Below, piece by piece: positions 59,395 through 64,000 of a stretch of DNA of 64,000 nucleotides. The notes under the pieces are model-generated. The model was given only the letters and a program-made list of their open reading frames with translations. It had not been told where the DNA came from and made no database searches. A program made the position numbers and the translations under genes. The DNA lies in assembly GCA_029858305.1 (NCBI GenBank), contig JAOUFI010000001.1, positions 128,087-192,086 on the forward strand, read 5' to 3'. Origin of the DNA: Candidatus Thorarchaeota archaeon. GTDB lineage: Archaea > Asgardarchaeota > Thorarchaeia > Thorarchaeales > Thorarchaeaceae. Every line of letters begins with the position of its first letter. Position 1 is the stretch's first letter.

Positions 59395-61089
59395 TCAAGG
59401 ACAGATTCCAATGATGACTCCTTGATATGGCGCAAGATGAAGTTTGGATTCGTTGAGTGTGTCTGTATCACTTATGGTCGAGAATAGTAGTTTAGGATTC
59501 TTCCCAATTTCACTTACGTAACTTGGTTTTTTAGAGAAATTCAACCAAATTTGTACTACTTGTTCATCGTATATTCGTTGGTAAGAGAGGAAGTTACCAA
59601 ATAGAGATGGAGGTAATAGATTCAGTGATCCTGAATGAAGAGCTGGGGTTTCTTTACGGAGTTTCAGGAGAGCCTTGTAACAGTTCAATAGGGAATCTGG
59701 ATTAGACTCTTCTGAGTCTACATTGATTGTTTCATATCCAAGACTTACTGGGAGCCAGGAGATTGATTTGTCAGAACAAAAACCTGCATTTGGTGATGAA
59801 GTCCATTGCATTGGAGTTCTGCAATCATCACGATTCAGAGAGATTGAACCACTTCGTGTTAGTAGATTAACAATAAATTGAGGAAGCCAGCTATACTTCA
59901 GAGCTACAGGATCTTGTGCGTTTCTTAAAGGGATTCTATGATTTGACATTCCAACCTCTTCACCATAATAGATGAAGGGAACTCCTCTTGCTGTTAGTTG
60001 CAACATCACGTTGATTTTTGCCTTGTTCACGTCATTCCCTAATTTACTAATACGACGCATTTGATCGTGGTTAGAGAATACCCAGGTCGGAGAGTAGGGC
60101 TCTATAAAGTATTGTTCATATCTACTGATTAAGTTACGAAACGTGTTTGCATCAAATCTTGCATTGAGAGATTGGAAGAGGAATGTCAAATGAAGTCCAT
60201 TGGTCTTGATATCATCTATTTTTTCGCCACAATACCTCTTGAGCGTTTCAAGTGATGCTGCTATTTCGCCAACCAAGAACCTTTCGGGATCTGAATATTC
60301 ATCCATCACACTTCGAAGTTCTTTCGCAAAGGCAAAATTGTCAGGATGATTGACAGTGTATAACTTATTCTGGAAGAAACTTTTGTCATGCTCCTCGGAA
60401 GGAAAGAATGTTAAGGCAAATGGATTATTTTGAAGACTCTCATCTTCAAACACCGTATTGATGATATCTAAACGAAACCCATCGACGCCCTTATCCAACC
60501 AAAAGCGAAGAGTATCAAACATCTCTTGCTTCACTTCAGTATTGCGATAGTTTAGATCTGGTTGAAAGGGAAGAAACTGAGCCCAGTACCATTGGTCAGT
60601 CTGTTCATCATAGTGCCATCCTGAACCTCCTACAATCGATTTCCAGTTGTTTGGAGGTTTCTTACCTCTTGGCTTTTGGCCATCACGCCAAATGTACCAA
60701 TTGCGCTTCGGATTATCCATACTCGACCGTGATTGCAGGAACCAAGGGTGTTGATTGCTAGTATGATTGAGAACCATATCAAAAACCACATACATGTCGC
60801 GATTGTGAATTTCCTGTATGAGCCTTTCACAGTCACTCATGGTTCCATACTCAGAAGCAATACTTCTGTAGTCACTGACATCATACCCATGATCTGCTTG
60901 AGGACTCGAAAAGAATGGTGAGAACCAGATTGTTCCAACTCCCAAATCCTGTAGATAGTCTAGTTTTGAAATGATTCCTGGAATATCTCCAATTCCGTTG
61001 TTTGTACTATCCTTGAAACTTCGTGGATAAATCTGATATACTGTGGTCGTCTTCCACCAAGGTAGGAATTTAATAGAAGATGTCACCAC
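59395..61089 (-). CDS. Glycoside hydrolase family 13 alpha-glucosidase / oligo-1,6-glucosidase-like enzyme.
   Basis: The GH13 conserved regions are WWKTTTVYQIYPRSFKDSTNNGIGDIPGIISKLDYLQDLGVGTIWFSPFF, DMVLNHTS, GVDGFRLD and YYGEEVGM. Confidence 0.85.
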   Translation of the reverse strand: MVTSSIKFLPWWKTTTVYQIYPRSFKDSTNNGIGDIPGIISKLDYLQDLGVGTIWFSPFFSSPQADHGYDVSDYRSIASEYGTMSDCERLIQEIHNRDMYVVFDMVLNHTSNQHPWFLQSRSSMDNPKRNWYIWRDGQKPRGKKPPNNWKSIVGGSGWHYDEQTDQWYWAQFLPFQPDLNYRNTEVKQEMFDTLRFWLDKGVDGFRLDIINTVFEDESLQNNPFALTFFPSEEHDKSFFQNKLYTVNHPDNFAFAKELRSVMDEYSDPERFLVGEIAASLETLKRYCGEKIDDIKTNGLHLTFLFQSLNARFDANTFRNLISRYEQYFIEPYSPTWVFSNHDQMRRISKLGNDVNKAKINVMLQLTARGVPFIYYGEEVGMSNHRIPLRNAQDPVALKYSWLPQFIVNLLTRSGSISLNRDDCRTPMQWTSSPNAGFCSDKSISWLPVSLGYETINVDSEESNPDSLLNCYKALLKLRKETPALHSGSLNLLPPSLFGNFLSYQRIYDEQVVQIWLNFSKKPSYVSEIGKNPKLLFSTISDTDTLNESKLHLAPYQGVIIGICP

Positions 61090-61169
61090 GGAAGATACCT
61101 CATATGATTTAAATTACAACTGCCTCATTTCTCTTCTTATTTCGTTATTGATTAGCAGCACACCCAAGC

Positions 61170-61457
61170 ATGAATAAGGTCATAATGGATATACAATTGT
61201 TGAAGGTGAGTAACATGAGCTTGCTAGGACCAGATGATTTCGACCTTGATGAAAAAGGAAGAAAAAAGAAACTTGCACATGATCTCTCTCCGGATGTAGC
61301 TAAAGAGATTGAAAAATGGCTTGAGAAAATCGATACTCCTCTCGCATTTGAGAAAATTGCGGAACTGATAGGACCGGAAGAGGCTAAGAGGCTGATTGGA
61401 GAGCGTACAAGACACGGGAGAAGAATAAAACCGGGAGACCCTTGGGCTCTAGAATGA
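61170..61457 (+). CDS. Small hypothetical protein of 95 aa, charged.
   Basis: An ORF only. Confidence 0.35.
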   Translation: MNKVIMDIQLLKVSNMSLLGPDDFDLDEKGRKKKLAHDLSPDVAKEIEKWLEKIDTPLAFEKIAELIGPEEAKRLIGERTRHGRRIKPGDPWALE

Positions 61458-61590
61458 AAGGAGAATAATATGACACGTGATTGATGATACAAAGTATGGG
61501 AGAACACCTCGCACTTATATCAGGGTGACTAATATAGAGAGAGGAACAATTAGGCAGAGCCACACAAGTGTAGTAGATTCACCGATATGA

Positions 61591-61920
61591 TCAATCTTTC
61601 TTGTTTTCCCAGAAGACTTTGGCCTCTTCTTCAAGCTTGTCGAGACGATCATAATAATCAGGAAATTCATTGAGGTGAGCAAACGCAATCTTTCCTGTCG
61701 TTAGAGAATCATCATTCGTAACATTGGTAACTCTGTTGCGTTTACCATGCTCGAGTTCAACATCCATCCCCTTTCTAAGTTGCTCAACATCAAATCTATC
61801 CCATTTTATACCGAGCTTTTCACCTATAATTTTGGCTTCTGCTATTGTGAAGGATTTCTTTGAAGGCATACACGAATCGCGTACAAACTGGGCTTTAGCA
61901 TTTTGGAGTAAGAATATCAT
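61591..61920 (-). CDS. Hypothetical protein of 109 aa.
   Basis: An ORF only. Confidence 0.4.
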   Translation of the reverse strand: MIFLLQNAKAQFVRDSCMPSKKSFTIAEAKIIGEKLGIKWDRFDVEQLRKGMDVELEHGKRNRVTNVTNDDSLTTGKIAFAHLNEFPDYYDRLDKLEEEAKVFWENKKD

Positions 61921-62062
61921 AGGAAATGTGAAGAAAAAGTGGATTCCCAGGCGAGATTTGATAGGAGGACTTTCGCGTTCTAATATAATTTCTTGCGTTG
62001 TGCGAAATCAGCAATAAGCAGCAATCAGGTTTCGGAACTATTGATTAAAAGAGGAAAGAAGA

Positions 62063-62377
62063 ATGAGAACGAATTTAAAAATCACAGTTGTGAAAACATT
62101 CACTCCTGAGGATGTATTTGGTCCAAATCACGGTATTACAAGAAATGGTCAACCATTTATTCCATGTGATCATAAGGAGGGCGAAGAGTTTATTGTAAAC
62201 AATCAATATGAGAAACCAGAGGGATTCTGTGAGCGAGCTTGGCAGGATCTCTATTCAACAATAATGGTCTATTATCATGGTGGGGACTATAGATTTCCCT
62301 CGCCTGGAGCAACATACCAGCCATGCGGGGACGGAGTAAACCCTGTTGTCTTCAAGATAGAGAAGCTGGAAGATTGA
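62063..62377 (+). CDS. Hypothetical small protein of 104 aa with conserved Cys and His residues.
   Basis: An ORF with the sequences PCDHKEGEEF and PCGDG. No confident family could be assigned. Confidence 0.4.
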   Translation: MRTNLKITVVKTFTPEDVFGPNHGITRNGQPFIPCDHKEGEEFIVNNQYEKPEGFCERAWQDLYSTIMVYYHGGDYRFPSPGATYQPCGDGVNPVVFKIEKLED

Positions 62378-62383
62378 AAGAAG

Positions 62384-62491
62384 TGGAGCCCCAGGCGAGA
62401 TTTGTTCCACGTTGAGAGAATCTCAGCGTGTTTGAACTCGCGGCCTCCTCCTTACCAAGGAGGCGATCTAACCGGTCTAAGCTACTGGGGC
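62384..62491 (-). tRNA. tRNA-Thr (anticodon GGU) with a roughly 30-nt intron at a non-canonical position in the T-loop (about 59/60), and an encoded CCA.
   Basis: The reverse complement has acceptor GCCCCAG/CUGGGGC, anticodon stem CCUCC/GGAGG, loop UUGGUAA, and T-stem GCGAG ... CUCGC separated by UUCAAA[CACGCUGAGAUUCUCUCAACGUGGAACAA]AU. Confidence 0.6.
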
Positions 62492-62581
62492 TTTTCTATG
62501 ACATCCACAAAAAGAGGTGTCATTCGGATTTCGCTTGAGGAGTAGAGATAAAGATTTCGTCTATGTCAAATTTGGAAAATA

Positions 62582-63196
62582 CTAACGCCACTGAATCTTG
62601 GCTAGAAGCGGTGTCAGCGCCCGAGTGGCCTTGGCTCCCTTGAATCTAGCTATTGCAGTGAGAGGCACTTCTGAATCCAAGCCCAGCTGCATAAGACTCG
62701 GGCAATCGAACAGACCAGATATATCCAAAGAGACCAGTTCGTTCTTAGTAAGGGTCAGGTTCCGTAGTTTCTTACATTTTTTAAGAGCTGAGAGATCTAT
62801 ACTCTCAAGTTTATTTTCATAGAGGTGGAGAGCTTTCAAACTCTTGCAACCTCCAAGGGGAGTAAGATCAAGAGTTCTGAGATTATTGAATGAGAGATCC
62901 AAATGCATCAGGTTGGTGCATCCTTCCAAAGGGGAGAGGTCAATGACTTCGAGCTCATTGCTCCCGAGGTTGAGTTCTAGTAGATTGCCATTGCCGTGAA
63001 GGACTGAGAGGTCAAGGCTTTGAATCTCATTTCCGGAGAGTGTCAATACTTCAAGATTTGGAAATTGGGCAAGTGGAGTGAGATCAATTGAGCCGATTCT
63101 CTTATCGCCGAGATTGATTGATGTTGTGTTTGAGTCAAACCGTTCTACTACTTTTCCACCTTTCTTTGTTTCACTCCAGATGGTGATTTCTTCCAT
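62582..63196 (-). CDS. Leucine-rich repeat (LRR) protein.
   Basis: There are about 7 tandem units of the form LxxLxLSxNELxSLDLSxLxxCxxLxxL. Confidence 0.8.
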   Translation of the reverse strand: MEEITIWSETKKGGKVVERFDSNTTSINLGDKRIGSIDLTPLAQFPNLEVLTLSGNEIQSLDLSVLHGNGNLLELNLGSNELEVIDLSPLEGCTNLMHLDLSFNNLRTLDLTPLGGCKSLKALHLYENKLESIDLSALKKCKKLRNLTLTKNELVSLDISGLFDCPSLMQLGLDSEVPLTAIARFKGAKATRALTPLLAKIQWR

Positions 63197-63361
63197 TTAT
63201 GATACATCCATGTATCCTGCGCACCCGCTGCTTAATAATTTGGTAGGGTCTGAAACACAAGGATTTTCAAAAATTCTAGAGGATTATATTGATATTGTTG
63301 ATTCAAGTCTGATTTTGTTGCGGCGGTATTGAAGAATCGACTCAATGCCAAGGTGGTTGAA

Positions 63362-64000
63362 AATGCATCATAGTGTGAATCAAGGATCGCTTGAGATTGT
63401 CAAAGAGATTCTTGATAGGAAAAACGAACTCATCTGTAGTGTGAAGGAGATGAAATCAGGAACAACGCTCATCGATGCAGGTATCCAGTGCAAAGGGAGC
63501 GTGGAACTTGGTAGACTTATCGGAGAAACTTGCCTTGGCGGATTGGGGGTGGTCAGAATAACGAGGATGATTATTGGTGATTTGGACTTACCTGCAGTCA
63601 TAGTCAGTGTGGAACGTCCAAAGATTGGAACGCTTGCGTCGCAATATGCTGGCTGGAGCATAAGAATAGGTGGAAATTATGCTCTGGGTTCAGGTCCAGC
63701 TAGAGCCTTGGCGAGAGTGGAAAAGAGCCTTTACGAAGAAATAGGCTATCAAGATACATCAAAAAAGAGCGTGATTATACTCGAAACTAGAGAGATGCCT
63801 ACTGAAGAGGTGGTAGAGCACATTGCAAAAAAATGCGGAATTACTTCATCCAATCTGTATTGTATCGTAGTACCAACCGCGAGCATAGCTGGTTCAGTTC
63901 AAATATCCTCTAGAATAGTTGGAGTAGGACTTCACAAGCTTCGACATATTGGATTTGACCTAGAAAGAATAAGAAGAGGTCATGGGGTGGCTCCAATTGC
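63362..64000 (+). CDS. mch: Methenyltetrahydromethanopterin cyclohydrolase (Mch), 5' partial because it is truncated by the window end. It is not in the ORF track because no stop codon falls inside the window.
   Basis: The translation MHHSVNQGSLEIVKEILDRKNELICSVKEMKSGTTLIDAGIQCKGSVELGRLIGETCLGGLGVV...RIGGNYALGSGPARALARVEK...IVVPTASIAGSVQISSRIVGVGLHKL fits the Mch family. Confidence 0.7.

Overview
The window is archaeal chromosome: an archaeal-type 16S rRNA gene on the minus strand (about 9620-11120) and archaeal housekeeping genes. These include Gar1, SRP19, Trm1, RlmE, archaeal-type UMP kinase, methenyl-H4MPT cyclohydrolase, and tRNAs carrying canonical and non-canonical introns. Roadblock, LRR and LVIVD proteins make an Asgard-like host plausible, but that is inference.

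The window has two parts.

(1) Positions 1 to about 9620 form an accessory-looking island downstream of an orphan 16S gene that has no linked 23S. At least 8 direct copies, 7 full and 1 partial, of a roughly 90-100 bp element lie here, all in one orientation. The copy adjacent to the 16S gene is the 16S 3' trailer itself. Each copy sits in an intergenic gap and delimits one- or two-gene cassettes. The cassettes include an LVIVD surface protein, a RelE/RHH toxin-antitoxin pair, an AlkZ/YcaQ-like DNA glycosylase, an HNH endonuclease, a bacterial-type DUF4256 protein and small membrane proteins. One copy also carries a short duplicate of the 16S 3' terminus, interrupted by a 31-bp insertion, and the HNH gene stop codon lies inside that duplicate. 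I regard this 16S-trailer-derived repeat and cassette array as the candidate undescribed system. It could be an integration or recombination hotspot, or a propagated terminator/3'ETS module.

(2) Positions 11.5-64 kb are mostly core metabolism and information processing. They contain an M1 aminopeptidase, ValRS, PolX, Acs, an acetyl-CoA hydrolase/transferase-GNAT fusion, PyrB, dCMP deaminase, a membrane dipeptidase, a GH13 enzyme, and a split and permuted PEP-utilizing enzyme. There are five tRNAs, three of them intron-containing, including a tRNA-Leu with a diverged partial 3' duplicate about 1 kb downstream that looks like an att-type scar. There is a 3'-fragment pseudogene of a cyclophilin gene and tandem small-protein paralogs.

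Non-CDS coordinates are approximate (+-2 nt). CDS coordinates follow the supplied ORF track, except where a later start is argued in the evidence.
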